A stretch of DNA of 64,000 nucleotides from Alphaproteobacteria bacterium UBA3635 (GCA_002373935.1 DFKW01000006.1:3149-67148); one strand, 5' to 3'. Counted from the first letter of the stretch, positions 28,727-38,793 are shown. Notes: generated by a model not told the origin, from the letters alone. Numbers and translations: made by a program.

Positions 28727-30379
28727 TTATTTTATCAATGTTTTTGCGGTGGCGATGGATTCAGGTGTTATGTCGGCGCCACTGATTATGCGGGCGATTT
28801 CGTTCACACGTTCGTCACCCGTGATTTCCACAACAGATGTCGTTGTTTTGTCGCCGTCTGTTGATTTTGATATTTTATAATGACGGTCGGCAAAGCCCGC
28901 AACCTGGGCCGAGTGGGTTATAACAATTGATTGTGCATTTTGCGACAATTTATTCAAACGTGCACCAACCGCGGATGCGGTTGCGCCACTGATACCCGTA
29001 TCAATTTCATCAAACACAAATGTGTGTGCGTCCGCCCCGCCCGCCAAAACCACGCGCAGCGCCAACATAAAACGCGCCAATTCACCACCAGATGCCGATT
29101 TGTTCAATGGTGCAAATGGCATGCCGGGATTTGTTTTAATCATAAATACAACATCGTCCACACCGTTGGCGGTTGGGTTTGCGTTTGTAATTTCAACCAT
29201 AAAATCCGCAGACCCCAATTTCAAATCCGGCAATTCTGACAAAATACGTGTTCTGATTGCCGCAGATGCATCCGCCCGCATTTTGGATAATTTGTGTGCG
29301 GCATCATTGAATTGTTTTTTTGCGCCCGTCAATTCGTGTTGTAATTTTTGCAATTCGGCATCGGAATTATCGATTGCATTTAATGCCATTTCCATATCGC
29401 GTAATTTATTCGGTAATTCGTCCGGCAAAACACGATGTTTGCGTGCCAAACTGCGAATTGCAAACAGACGTTCCTCGACATCATCAATTGTGCCAATGTC
29501 CGGTGCGTCCGGTTTAATAGATTCCGCCACATCTGCAATATTTTGTGCAACATTATACAATGTATCGATTTGTTCCGCATACGGGTTTTCGCCATCGCCG
29601 TGCAACCGTTCCAAAATATGCGCAACATCGCAAACAAGTGAATCCAACGAATTCCCGTTCGGATTCAACGCATTTTGTGCATCGTTCAAAATTGCGGTAT
29701 TTTTTTCCGCGTTCATCATATTTGCACGAATTGTCGCCAATTCGGCTTCTTCGCCGGGTTTGACATTTAACGCACGCAATTCGGCAACATTGTGTTCCAA
29801 AAATTCGTGTTCAGATGCCGCGCGACTAACCAATTCTTGCAATTCAGATAACCGGGTTTCGATTGTGTGCATTGTGTTGTATGATTCACGGACAGATTTT
29901 TGCACATCTGTGAACCCTGCAATATTTAATGCGGCAAATGCGTCCAATGTTGGACGATGTGTTGCCGGGTTTAACAATGTATGATTTGCAAACTGACCAT
30001 GGATTTCAACCAATGCATCGCCAACCATTTTCAACACACGCACCGACACGGGTGTATCGTTTATCCATGCGCGACTTTTCCCGTCCGACGACAAAGTGCG
30101 ACGCAACACAACGGTATCATCCACATCCAGTCCATTTTCCATCAATATATTTTTAACATTATCAGACACAGATGTAAATTCCGCCGTGGACGCGCCCACA
30201 TCGCACCCGGCACGCACCAGGCCGGCATCACTGCGCGCACCCAATGCCAAAGACAATGCATCCATTAAAATACTTTTGCCCGCACCCGTTTCACCGGTTA
30301 AAACATTTAATCCACCACCGAATTCCAAATTCAGTTTTTCAATTAAAACTATATTAGAAATATTTAATGATGTCAGCAT
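28727..30379 (-). CDS. recN: DNA repair protein RecN
   Basis: 550 aa with N-terminal LTGETGAGKSILMDAL and an SMC-like coiled coil. Confidence 0.95.
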   Translation of the reverse strand: MLTSLNISNIVLIEKLNLEFGGGLNVLTGETGAGKSILMDALSLALGARSDAGLVRAGCDVGASTAEFTSVSDNVKNILMENGLDVDDTVVLRRTLSSDGKSRAWINDTPVSVRVLKMVGDALVEIHGQFANHTLLNPATHRPTLDAFAALNIAGFTDVQKSVRESYNTMHTIETRLSELQELVSRAASEHEFLEHNVAELRALNVKPGEEAELATIRANMMNAEKNTAILNDAQNALNPNGNSLDSLVCDVAHILERLHGDGENPYAEQIDTLYNVAQNIADVAESIKPDAPDIGTIDDVEERLFAIRSLARKHRVLPDELPNKLRDMEMALNAIDNSDAELQKLQHELTGAKKQFNDAAHKLSKMRADASAAIRTRILSELPDLKLGSADFMVEITNANPTANGVDDVVFMIKTNPGMPFAPLNKSASGGELARFMLALRVVLAGGADAHTFVFDEIDTGISGATASAVGARLNKLSQNAQSIVITHSAQVAGFADRHYKISKSTDGDKTTTSVVEITGDERVNEIARIISGADITPESIATAKTLIK

Positions 30380-30418
30380 GCCCGAATTATATTATATTTT
30401 TCCCAGATTTCAATTTTT

Positions 30419-30862
30419 TTATAACCGTTCTAAATGCCAATCGTGCAACCATAAAATATAACATGATATTTTATAATCAGCATAAATCTGCGCCAATAAT
30501 TTTTGATATTCGCGTAACTGTGCGATATATTTTGGACGATATTTTTGCGGGTCAATATCTGTTTTATAATCCAATATACGCACGGTTTTCGTTGCATCAT
30601 CCACAACCAATCGGTCAATGCGACGCGATATAAAACGACCATCGACAATGCCGGCAATGGGAACCTCGGCCCCAGAATTTTCACCGAAAAAAGATTGTAA
30701 TTCGGGACCGCCCGCCATAATTTTTTCAATCAATTCCGCATCGCCAATGGGATGTGGCGTAATCCGCACAAATTGCAATTTGGCATGCGTTGCAAAACCG
30801 TTGCGGGTTGCAAATTTTTCGGTGTCTTGGGTTTTTATAAACTCGTGTAATTTGGTTGTCAT
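30419..30862 (-). CDS. addA: AddA C-terminal RecB-family nuclease domain as a separate ORF
   Basis: 147 aa from MTTKLHEF, with RIDRLVVDD...ILDYKTD nuclease motifs. ATGA overlap with the upstream helicase ORF. Confidence 0.7.
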   Translation of the reverse strand: MTTKLHEFIKTQDTEKFATRNGFATHAKLQFVRITPHPIGDAELIEKIMAGGPELQSFFGENSGAEVPIAGIVDGRFISRRIDRLVVDDATKTVRILDYKTDIDPQKYRPKYIAQLREYQKLLAQIYADYKISCYILWLHDWHLERL

Positions 30863-33477
30863 GCGTGAACCTCGATATATTCTGATGCGTCGGGTATGGC
30901 ATAGATTTTTGAAAACACGCGCCACAGGTTTGCATACCACGACAACTCGTTCGCGTTTTTATACGGCGTAAAACCATAGATATACAATTCGTCGCGCGCA
31001 CGCGTCATTGCAACATACAATAATCTGAAATATTCGGCAATTTGCAAATCGCGCCGGGCGCATGTGGCGGTTTGCACAGATTCTGTTTTGGTTGTCCCCG
31101 ACGCACACCAAATCCATGGCGTGGGGTATTCGGGCGTGGTATCAACCGGCAAAGGCACAATATTTTCCGCATCCGGGGTACGCACCGTATCAATCAAAAA
31201 TACAACCGGGGATTCCAGTCCCTTGCTGCCATGGACAGTCACAATACGAACGCCCATTGCCGCATCCATATCACGTTTTATTTCCGCACCACCCGTGATA
31301 AACCATTTCAAAAACTCGCGCAATGTTCCGGTTTGCGTGCGTTCGTATGACAAACATATTGTCATAAACTCTTCCATCGGGTCGATAATTTGTTCGCCCA
31401 ATGCCGCAATCATTTTTTCACGATTGTCATCGCGTGATAAAACATATGTAAAAAATGAATATGGTGCCATTTTCGTCGATGCCGCCACAATTTCAGACAA
31501 CGCCTTAAATGCGATCGGGTTATATTCCGATAAAACGGCATAAATTGTGGTTGTCGCGCCATCGTCACGGGCATTTTTCTGATTTTTTTCATGACACAGG
31601 TTATAAATGTCGGATTCAGAAAAACGAAACAGCGGACTTTTTAACACACAACACAAAGAATAATCGTCGGTCACATCCAAACAAAACCGTGTCAAATTCA
31701 GTAAATCACGAATTGCGGCAAATGTCGGCAAAACAATACGGTCACTGCCCGCGACGGGGATGCCCATTTTTTTTAATTCCAGCACCAATGGCGCCATAAA
31801 CGGATGACGATTTTGCACCAAAACCATTATGTCCGCCGGCATATATTTGCCCAATGCCAGCACAGATTGTATTTTTTGTGCGATTTGTTTGACATAATCC
31901 GCCACGGTTGCATCCGTTTCGCCCCGTGCAACCAAACGATGCAAATAAACCAAACCGGGGTTTTTATCATGCGTTGCACGAAAACAGATGTGTGGCTGAT
32001 TTACAAATGCACTAATATTTTTAACCGTATCATCGTCAAAAAATGTATCCACCGCATGCAATATAGACGGCAACGAACGAAAGTTTTGCGCCAACGGAAT
32101 ATCACGAATTGTGCGATAATTGTTTTCAATTTGACGCGCAATATCATCACGCGAACGAATAAACGCAACCGGGTCGGCACCTTGGAATCCATAGATTGAT
32201 TGTTTTGTATCACCCACCACAAACAACGAACGCGGTAAATCAGACACATCACCATTGTCAAAAAAATCACCGGTCAGCATACGGATTATATCCCACTGGG
32301 CGGGGGATGTATCTTGGGCCTCGTCCACCAAAATGTGCGACAATGTCACATCCATTTGTGATAAAACCCATCCCATTGTTTTTGGGTCTGAAAATAATTT
32401 TCGCGTATATAAAATTAAATCAGAAAAATCCAACAAATTTCGCGCACGTTTTGTTTCCATATACCCACGCGCAAATGCCGCCGATAAATCAAACAGTGCG
32501 ATTGTGTCATCATATATTTTTTTATTTTCATTATACTCGTTTATTGCAAATACTCGCGATTGTTCCGCAACAAAATCAGGATTATTTGATACCGCAACAA
32601 TTTTGCCACCCGTTTTTGTTAAATATGCGGTTTTATATTCATCAAAATCAATTTCATTGTTTATATATTTTTGTGTTAAATCCGCAATCGTTTGCAGATA
32701 TTTTTTAGGTCCCCGGCTTGATTGCAACGCCCCCGCCATATCCAACAATTTTTGCAAGCGAGACACATCAATTTTAACATCCGGTGCATTTTTGATTTTT
32801 AAAAAATCTGCAATCGTTTCAGTAAAATATTCACGATATTTCGTGTGATTTGTCACCATAAAAAAATCTTGATACCCACGTTCCAGCATCCGCAACAAAT
32901 CATCGATTGCATATTCAGAAACACGTTCCACAATGCGCGAAAACGCGTTTTGTGTTGCCGCGTTTTTATCCGCCCGCAACATGTTATTAAAAACATCCCA
33001 CAACAATGCACGACCATCGGCATCAGATACCAATTTCCACGCCGGCGATATGCCCGCCTCGATCGGGAAACGACGTAAAATTTCCTCGCAAAAACCGTGG
33101 ATGGTTTTAACCTTTAACATATTAGGATTATCGATATATGTAAAAAATATTTCACGCGCATGCGCAATATCCGCATCAGACACCACCCGGTTTTGCGTGA
33201 CGCCATCCAATAATTCGCGCATATCATCATCGGACGCAGACGCCCATTGTTTCAATTTTTTTAATATACGGTTGCGCATTTCGCCCGCACCCGCATTTGT
33301 ATATGTCAAACACAAAATTCCGGTTTTTAACACATCGTGCGTACGAAACAAAATTCGCAACAAGCGCCCGGTTAAAACACTGGTTTTGCCGGTACCGGCG
33401 TTCGCCTGGACCCAGACATTTTCGGTCGGATTTGCGGCACAATCTTGTTCGGGTGAAAGTGTGGTCTTTTTTTCCAT
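30859..33477 (-). CDS. addA: AddA-type UvrD/Rep superfamily-1 helicase part
   Basis: 872 aa with Walker A ANAGTGKTSVL and UvrD-like motifs. Confidence 0.85.
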   Translation of the reverse strand: MEKKTTLSPEQDCAANPTENVWVQANAGTGKTSVLTGRLLRILFRTHDVLKTGILCLTYTNAGAGEMRNRILKKLKQWASASDDDMRELLDGVTQNRVVSDADIAHAREIFFTYIDNPNMLKVKTIHGFCEEILRRFPIEAGISPAWKLVSDADGRALLWDVFNNMLRADKNAATQNAFSRIVERVSEYAIDDLLRMLERGYQDFFMVTNHTKYREYFTETIADFLKIKNAPDVKIDVSRLQKLLDMAGALQSSRGPKKYLQTIADLTQKYINNEIDFDEYKTAYLTKTGGKIVAVSNNPDFVAEQSRVFAINEYNENKKIYDDTIALFDLSAAFARGYMETKRARNLLDFSDLILYTRKLFSDPKTMGWVLSQMDVTLSHILVDEAQDTSPAQWDIIRMLTGDFFDNGDVSDLPRSLFVVGDTKQSIYGFQGADPVAFIRSRDDIARQIENNYRTIRDIPLAQNFRSLPSILHAVDTFFDDDTVKNISAFVNQPHICFRATHDKNPGLVYLHRLVARGETDATVADYVKQIAQKIQSVLALGKYMPADIMVLVQNRHPFMAPLVLELKKMGIPVAGSDRIVLPTFAAIRDLLNLTRFCLDVTDDYSLCCVLKSPLFRFSESDIYNLCHEKNQKNARDDGATTTIYAVLSEYNPIAFKALSEIVAASTKMAPYSFFTYVLSRDDNREKMIAALGEQIIDPMEEFMTICLSYERTQTGTLREFLKWFITGGAEIKRDMDAAMGVRIVTVHGSKGLESPVVFLIDTVRTPDAENIVPLPVDTTPEYPTPWIWCASGTTKTESVQTATCARRDLQIAEYFRLLYVAMTRARDELYIYGFTPYKNANELSWYANLWRVFSKIYAIPDASEYIEVHA

Positions 33478-33567
33478 TTTGTTTAATTTATCGTCTTGCT
33501 TTCTGTGTTTTATTTTAGTATAAATTCAAATGCACTGCAAGGGTATAAACACACGGGGAGAAAAAAA

Positions 33568-35481
33568 ATGCCAGCCACGCAAATTTTATTGATTGTTTTG
33601 GGTTTTGTATCAACATTATTATTGATTGCATTGATTGTGTCTTTTTCAATTTCACGCAAATCTCAACACGTTATGGAATCTTTGTTAACCATTTTAACAC
33701 ATCCGGAACGCGTTCAAATTCGCGACGCGGCGCGCGTGTTAAACACCGTTTTGGCCGACGAAATTGCAAAAATTCACGCGGGTTTTCAAACACTGCAAGA
33801 AACATTACAAACCCAAATTGCCACCGCCGAAGATTTGCAACAACGACTGAGCAGTCAAAACGACGCATTGGTGAATACCGCGGATGACGCAACGAAAAAG
33901 GTTGCCAATATGTCGCAACGATTGGAAAATACTGTCGATGGATTGCAAAACATTGTTGATTCCGAAAATTGGAATTCGGTTGCGGTGTCTGCGGATAATT
34001 TTTCGACAAATATCGGTGAAATGTTGGCAAAAATCGACACAACAACATCTGATGTGAATACCCGGATTGATAATATACAAAATCAAATTACAAACTGGAT
34101 TGATGCGGGCGAAAAATTAAACGGTGAATTAAACACAAATTTCGAAAACAACACCAATCAAATGAAATCTTTGACCGATAACACAAATACTATGCGTGAT
34201 ACATTGGCCGATTTGAATAAATCTGTGGCGGACGGGTTCGACAATATAAAAACATCTGCCGCCGGATACGAGGATGTGTTGCGCACAAACGACAAATTCA
34301 TGAACGACCATTTGGTTAAATTAGACGCATACAGCAAAAATGCAAAAAAACAACTGGTGGCACAGGCAAACACATTGACCAATACCGCCAATGTCGTCGC
34401 CAGCCAGGTGCAATTGGCGGAATCATCAATCGACAAACAAACGCGCAAATTGACCGATGCGGTTGATGCATTGATGACATCTGCAACAACGACCGAGGCA
34501 TCTGTGCGCGGTGTATCAAATGAACTGTCGGGACTGACCAATCATTTCAATGGCGAAATCAAAGATTTTGCAACATCTGTGGTGTCCGAGATAAAAACCG
34601 TATCGGGCGTTGCAAATGTCACATTGGAAAACACAAAAACCGCCGCAAATGCGTTTTCGGAATCGGTCAAAACAATGGCGACGGGCGTGCGCGAAACACT
34701 GATTGAGATGAACACGGCACACACCCAACTGTCGGGTCAATCGCAAAATTTAATTAAATTGTCGGCGGACACAACCGCACAATTGCAACCGCTGTCTGAA
34801 TTGATTGAAAAGTATTATGCCGCCCTGCCCGATTTGTCACAATTATCAATTCAAACGAACGATAACCTGAACAAAATTGTGGCAAATATGGAAAAGAACA
34901 TTGCGCTGATAAAACAGGCGGTCGCAGATTCAACAACATCTGTTTCCGAATCCACAACAAAACTGGAAGATTTGGCCGGCGGGGCGCGTCAACAAATGAT
35001 TGATTTGATGTCTGATTATGCGCGCGCCGTGAACACATTGCAAACATTAAACAAACAAATGATGGTCGCACGCGCATCGGCACCAATGGATGCAATTAAA
35101 TCGGCCCCGATTGCCGCCGCCGCGGCCAGTGGTTCGGATTTTTTGGCAAATGTGGACTTCGGTAAACTGTATGAATTATCAATGGATTTAACCCAGGCAA
35201 TCGGTGCAGACATCCCCGATGTCGTGTGGAAAAAATATCATGCGGGCGATAAAACAATATTTTCAAAATGGCTGTCAAAAATGATGAGTGCGGCTGAAAA
35301 AAAGCAGATTCGTGATTTGTTAAAGAACGATACTATTTTCCGGTCCCAGGCATCACAGTTCGTGCGCGGTTTTGATAAAATTTTGGACGGCGCGGCGCAA
35401 ACCGATACACCGGATGCGGTAAAGTCAAAATTGTTAAAAACAGATTTGGGAAATATTTACACCCACCTGAAAGGAAAATAA
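33568..35481 (+). CDS. Membrane-anchored long coiled-coil protein, unknown family
   Basis: Start trimmed to MPATQILLIVLGFV (TM), RBS GGGGAG. About 600 aa rich in Asn/Thr/Gln/Leu with heptad character. Confidence 0.65.
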   Translation: MPATQILLIVLGFVSTLLLIALIVSFSISRKSQHVMESLLTILTHPERVQIRDAARVLNTVLADEIAKIHAGFQTLQETLQTQIATAEDLQQRLSSQNDALVNTADDATKKVANMSQRLENTVDGLQNIVDSENWNSVAVSADNFSTNIGEMLAKIDTTTSDVNTRIDNIQNQITNWIDAGEKLNGELNTNFENNTNQMKSLTDNTNTMRDTLADLNKSVADGFDNIKTSAAGYEDVLRTNDKFMNDHLVKLDAYSKNAKKQLVAQANTLTNTANVVASQVQLAESSIDKQTRKLTDAVDALMTSATTTEASVRGVSNELSGLTNHFNGEIKDFATSVVSEIKTVSGVANVTLENTKTAANAFSESVKTMATGVRETLIEMNTAHTQLSGQSQNLIKLSADTTAQLQPLSELIEKYYAALPDLSQLSIQTNDNLNKIVANMEKNIALIKQAVADSTTSVSESTTKLEDLAGGARQQMIDLMSDYARAVNTLQTLNKQMMVARASAPMDAIKSAPIAAAAASGSDFLANVDFGKLYELSMDLTQAIGADIPDVVWKKYHAGDKTIFSKWLSKMMSAAEKKQIRDLLKNDTIFRSQASQFVRGFDKILDGAAQTDTPDAVKSKLLKTDLGNIYTHLKGK

Positions 35482-35508
35482 AAAAACCGCCCAATCGGGC
35501 GTTTTTTT

Positions 35509-37587
35509 TTATTCTGCCAGGTTTCCAACCGACATCGTTATTCGGCGAATACCCGATGCCACAGATTTTTCTTTATTTATTTTGGCCCGGATAATTTCGC
35601 CGGTGTGATAAACATGCGTTCCACCACACAGTTCGCACGACACATCGCCCGCGGTAATCACACGCACGACATCACCATATTTTTCACCAAACAATGCCAT
35701 CGCACCACGCGCACGCGCCGCGTCAATCGACATTTCTTCGTGTTTAACATCCATATTTGCGGCAATCCAATCGTTCACCAATTTTTCAACAGCCGCTTTC
35801 TCGTCATCCGTCATTGCGCGCCCAAACGAAAAATCAAACCGCACAGAATCCGGTGCAACACGCGAACCACGTTGTTCCACATCCGTGTTCAAAACGCGCC
35901 GCAAAGCCGCCTGTAATAAATGTGTTGCCGTATGTGCGCGTGTGGTCTGATTGCGCACAATTGCGTTCACCACGGGCGTCACGATGTCGCCAACATTGAT
36001 TGTTTTTTGCACAGTACCTTTGTGAATAACAATGTTGTTGGCACGTGCGGCCTCGGTCACGGTGACCGCCGTATCCGCACCGATACGCAATTCACCGGTG
36101 TCGCCAACCTGGCCCCCTTGGGTGCCATAGAAATTTGTTTTATCTAATGCGATTTCAACATTGTCCCCGGGCACGGCCGAATCCACAAACTCACCATCAC
36201 GCAAAATCGCCAAAACCGTTGATTTCATATCCGCCACCGGTGCGTATTTTGTTGTATCATCGGTTGCCGGTAATTCGCCACGCGATTCCCATAAAATTTT
36301 TGTTCCACGCGTGTCGGCGCGACTGCGTTCTTTTTGTTCGCGCATCGCAGCGTTGAATCCATCAACATCCACAGACATACCACGGTCACGCAAAATCATT
36401 TGTGTTAAATCCAGTGGAAATCCATATGTGTCAAACAATTTGAACGCAACCGCGCCCGGCAAAGTTTTATTTTGCACATTTGGCAATTCAGATTCCAATA
36501 ATTTCATACCGCTTTGCAGCATGTCGCGAAACGCGTTTTCTTCGTTTTTAATTATTTCGACAACATGTTTTTCTTCGCGCGCCAATTCCGGATACGCCGC
36601 GCCCATTTCACGCACCAATGCGGGATACAGCGCACTGAGCAACGGGCCGTTATGTCCCAATAATTGTCCATGACGCATCGCACGGCGCAAAATACGACGG
36701 ATAACATACCCACGGTCGGTATTACTTGGTATCACGCCATCAGCGATGGCAAATCCCACCGCACGCAAATGGTCGGCAATAATTTTGAAAGACGGAGTAT
36801 TTTCCGCGTTGCGTGCCACATGCACGACATCCGATGTTGCGTCCATTAAATGTTGGAATAAATCGGTATCATAATTGTCGCGCACATTTTGTAATACCGC
36901 CGCCCACCGTTCCAAACCGGCACCGGTATCAACATTACATTTTGGCAAGTTTGTTAAATTCCCATTTGCATCGCGATTGTATTGCATAAATACATCGTTC
37001 CATATTTCGACATAGCGACCGCCATCTTCGTTTGTCGAACCCGGCAAACCGCCTGGCAAATCCGCCCCCATGTCATAGTGCATTTCGGTACATGGTCCAC
37101 ACGGGCCCGTATCCCCAGCCGACCACCAGTTATCTTTATCCAAACGGATTGCATCCTTGCCGGCAATCTTTTTCCAGAGTTTCGTTGCCTCGTCATCCGA
37201 TATATGTGTTGTGACAACAATACGATTTGGGTCCAATTTCAAAACATTGGTCAATAAATCCCATGACATTTTGATTGCTTCTTCTTTGAAGTAATCGCCA
37301 AACGACCAATTCCCCAGCATTTCAAAGAAAGTATGATGACGACCGTCAAAGCCAACCTCGTCCAAATCATTATGTTTGCCACCGGCGCGGATACATTTTT
37401 GCACATCGGCAACACGCGGATATGCAGGTACCGCGTTTCCCAAAAATATATTTTTCCACGGCACCATACCGGCAACCGTGAACAATAATGTCGGGTCATC
37501 CGGTATCAATGACGCAGACGGCACGATTTTATGTCCGTGTTGTTCAAAATAATTCAAAAACAATTTTCTGATTTCGTCGTAATTCAT
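35509..37587 (-). CDS. alaS: Alanine--tRNA ligase (short form, no C-Ala domain)
   Basis: 692 aa with catalytic and editing domains (HTATHLL, CGGTHV). It ends shortly after the editing domain. Confidence 0.9.
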   Translation of the reverse strand: MNYDEIRKLFLNYFEQHGHKIVPSASLIPDDPTLLFTVAGMVPWKNIFLGNAVPAYPRVADVQKCIRAGGKHNDLDEVGFDGRHHTFFEMLGNWSFGDYFKEEAIKMSWDLLTNVLKLDPNRIVVTTHISDDEATKLWKKIAGKDAIRLDKDNWWSAGDTGPCGPCTEMHYDMGADLPGGLPGSTNEDGGRYVEIWNDVFMQYNRDANGNLTNLPKCNVDTGAGLERWAAVLQNVRDNYDTDLFQHLMDATSDVVHVARNAENTPSFKIIADHLRAVGFAIADGVIPSNTDRGYVIRRILRRAMRHGQLLGHNGPLLSALYPALVREMGAAYPELAREEKHVVEIIKNEENAFRDMLQSGMKLLESELPNVQNKTLPGAVAFKLFDTYGFPLDLTQMILRDRGMSVDVDGFNAAMREQKERSRADTRGTKILWESRGELPATDDTTKYAPVADMKSTVLAILRDGEFVDSAVPGDNVEIALDKTNFYGTQGGQVGDTGELRIGADTAVTVTEAARANNIVIHKGTVQKTINVGDIVTPVVNAIVRNQTTRAHTATHLLQAALRRVLNTDVEQRGSRVAPDSVRFDFSFGRAMTDDEKAAVEKLVNDWIAANMDVKHEEMSIDAARARGAMALFGEKYGDVVRVITAGDVSCELCGGTHVYHTGEIIRAKINKEKSVASGIRRITMSVGNLAE

Positions 37588-37724
37588 AATTTATATCCTG
37601 TTTTTCGATTCCATAGCGCATTTTATAAACAAAGGTGGACATTTTCAATCATATTTTGAATTTTTTTATAAAACATACACCCAAATTTATGATATAATAA
37701 TTACGATTATCGTGAGGAACAAAT

Positions 37725-38240
37725 ATGAAGCCGACAATGATTTTTTCATTAGCAATGTTGACATTGGTTGCACTGATGGCGTCTTTTGATGTGCATTTGG
37801 GCAATATTGCGCCAACAATAAATGTTCCCGAAAAAATGTTGGGTGATGTTTTATACATATGTCCGGCGGCATCCAGTGGTTGGGATGCGGCGGCGGAAAT
37901 TTTGCGAACCATACAAACACCAATAACTATCGCGGTGTTTTTTGCGCTGACCATGTTATTGTTCACATGGGGTTGGGCATTGTATCAAAATTTATTAAAG
38001 GACAAATTTAACCGCAACATGTTTTTGAAACCGTGGGGATTTACCAAGTTGCTGTTTTGGGCGGTTGTGATATTGATGTTGGCAACAAATACACCGAATC
38101 ATTATCGTGTTGTGCATGTTCGTGGTGTTGTTGGAAATTTTGTTTTGTGCGAAAATAACACACCAAACCGGCCCGAGTGGCACGATGTTTTGGACGGTCG
38201 CTGGCCCAAGGCGGCATTATATAAAAATGTGACAAAATAA
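37725..38240 (+). CDS. Hypothetical membrane protein
   Basis: 171 aa with a signal/TM N-terminus and further hydrophobic segments. Confidence 0.55.
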   Translation: MKPTMIFSLAMLTLVALMASFDVHLGNIAPTINVPEKMLGDVLYICPAASSGWDAAAEILRTIQTPITIAVFFALTMLLFTWGWALYQNLLKDKFNRNMFLKPWGFTKLLFWAVVILMLATNTPNHYRVVHVRGVVGNFVLCENNTPNRPEWHDVLDGRWPKAALYKNVTK

Positions 38241-38303
38241 TCACTTATTTGTATATGTTAAATTGTGTGTGTCACAGAATCGCGGGAATTTTTCAATTTG
38301 CCC

Positions 38304-38332
38304 TTGACTTGAAATGCGGGATTCTCTATGAT
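38304..38332 (+). promoter_or_regulatory. Sigma-70-type promoter of hup
   Basis: TTGACT, 17-nt spacer, TATGAT, followed by a ~140-nt leader. Confidence 0.65.
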
Positions 38333-38478
38333 TCGGATGAACAGAACGAGCAATGTCCCTGGAATTAGCCGACCGCACGGATTGCGTAAAACAAAAACGG
38401 CGGAAAATGGGGCATGATTTCAGAGGCATTGCTCGGTGGACTGTTGTTTATAAATAAAACCTATGAAAGGAGAAACAT

Positions 38479-38751
38479 ATGAACAAACAACAATTGATTG
38501 AAGCAATCGCAAACGAAGTCGAAGTTACAAAAGCAACTGCTGCTTCTTGCTTGGATGCATTTATCAACACTGTTACCAAAGTTTTGAAAAAGAAAGGCGA
38601 AGTTCGCTTGGTTGGTTTTGGTACATTTACATCTGCAAAACGCAAAGCAACAACTGGCCGCAACCCACAAACTGGTGCTGCGATTAAGATTCCTGCGTCT
38701 GTTCAACCAAAATTCAAACCTGGTAAAGCTTTGAAAGATGCTTTGAACTAA
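38479..38751 (+). CDS. hup: Nucleoid protein HU
   Basis: 90 aa: MNKQQLIEAIA...GFGTF...RKATTGRNPQTG. Confidence 0.95.
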   Translation: MNKQQLIEAIANEVEVTKATAASCLDAFINTVTKVLKKKGEVRLVGFGTFTSAKRKATTGRNPQTGAAIKIPASVQPKFKPGKALKDALN

Positions 38752-38793
38752 AGAGCAATCGAAATCAAAAAAAACGCCCAATCGGGCGTTTTT

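Noticed and set aside
29022-29984. A 320-aa plus-strand ORF inside recN, and similar long antisense ORFs (52169-52954 in ligA, 15492-16007 in dnaK, 36161-36673 in alaS, 32255-33523 in addA, 39820-40293 in the 327-aa gene).
   Set aside because: All lie fully antisense to confidently identified genes. They have low-complexity Ser/Ala/Asn-rich translations and no RBS. These are typical shadow ORFs.
30855-30865. The addA split as a simple frameshift pseudogene.
   Set aside because: Not fully rejected. However, the exact ATGA stop-start overlap and the intact motifs in both parts favour a functional two-ORF arrangement. It is reported as a finding with a read-level check.
38339-38478. The hup leader as a hidden tRNA or SRP RNA gene.
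   Set aside because: It has no T-loop, no acceptor stem and no SRP motifs. It is better explained as an mRNA leader.
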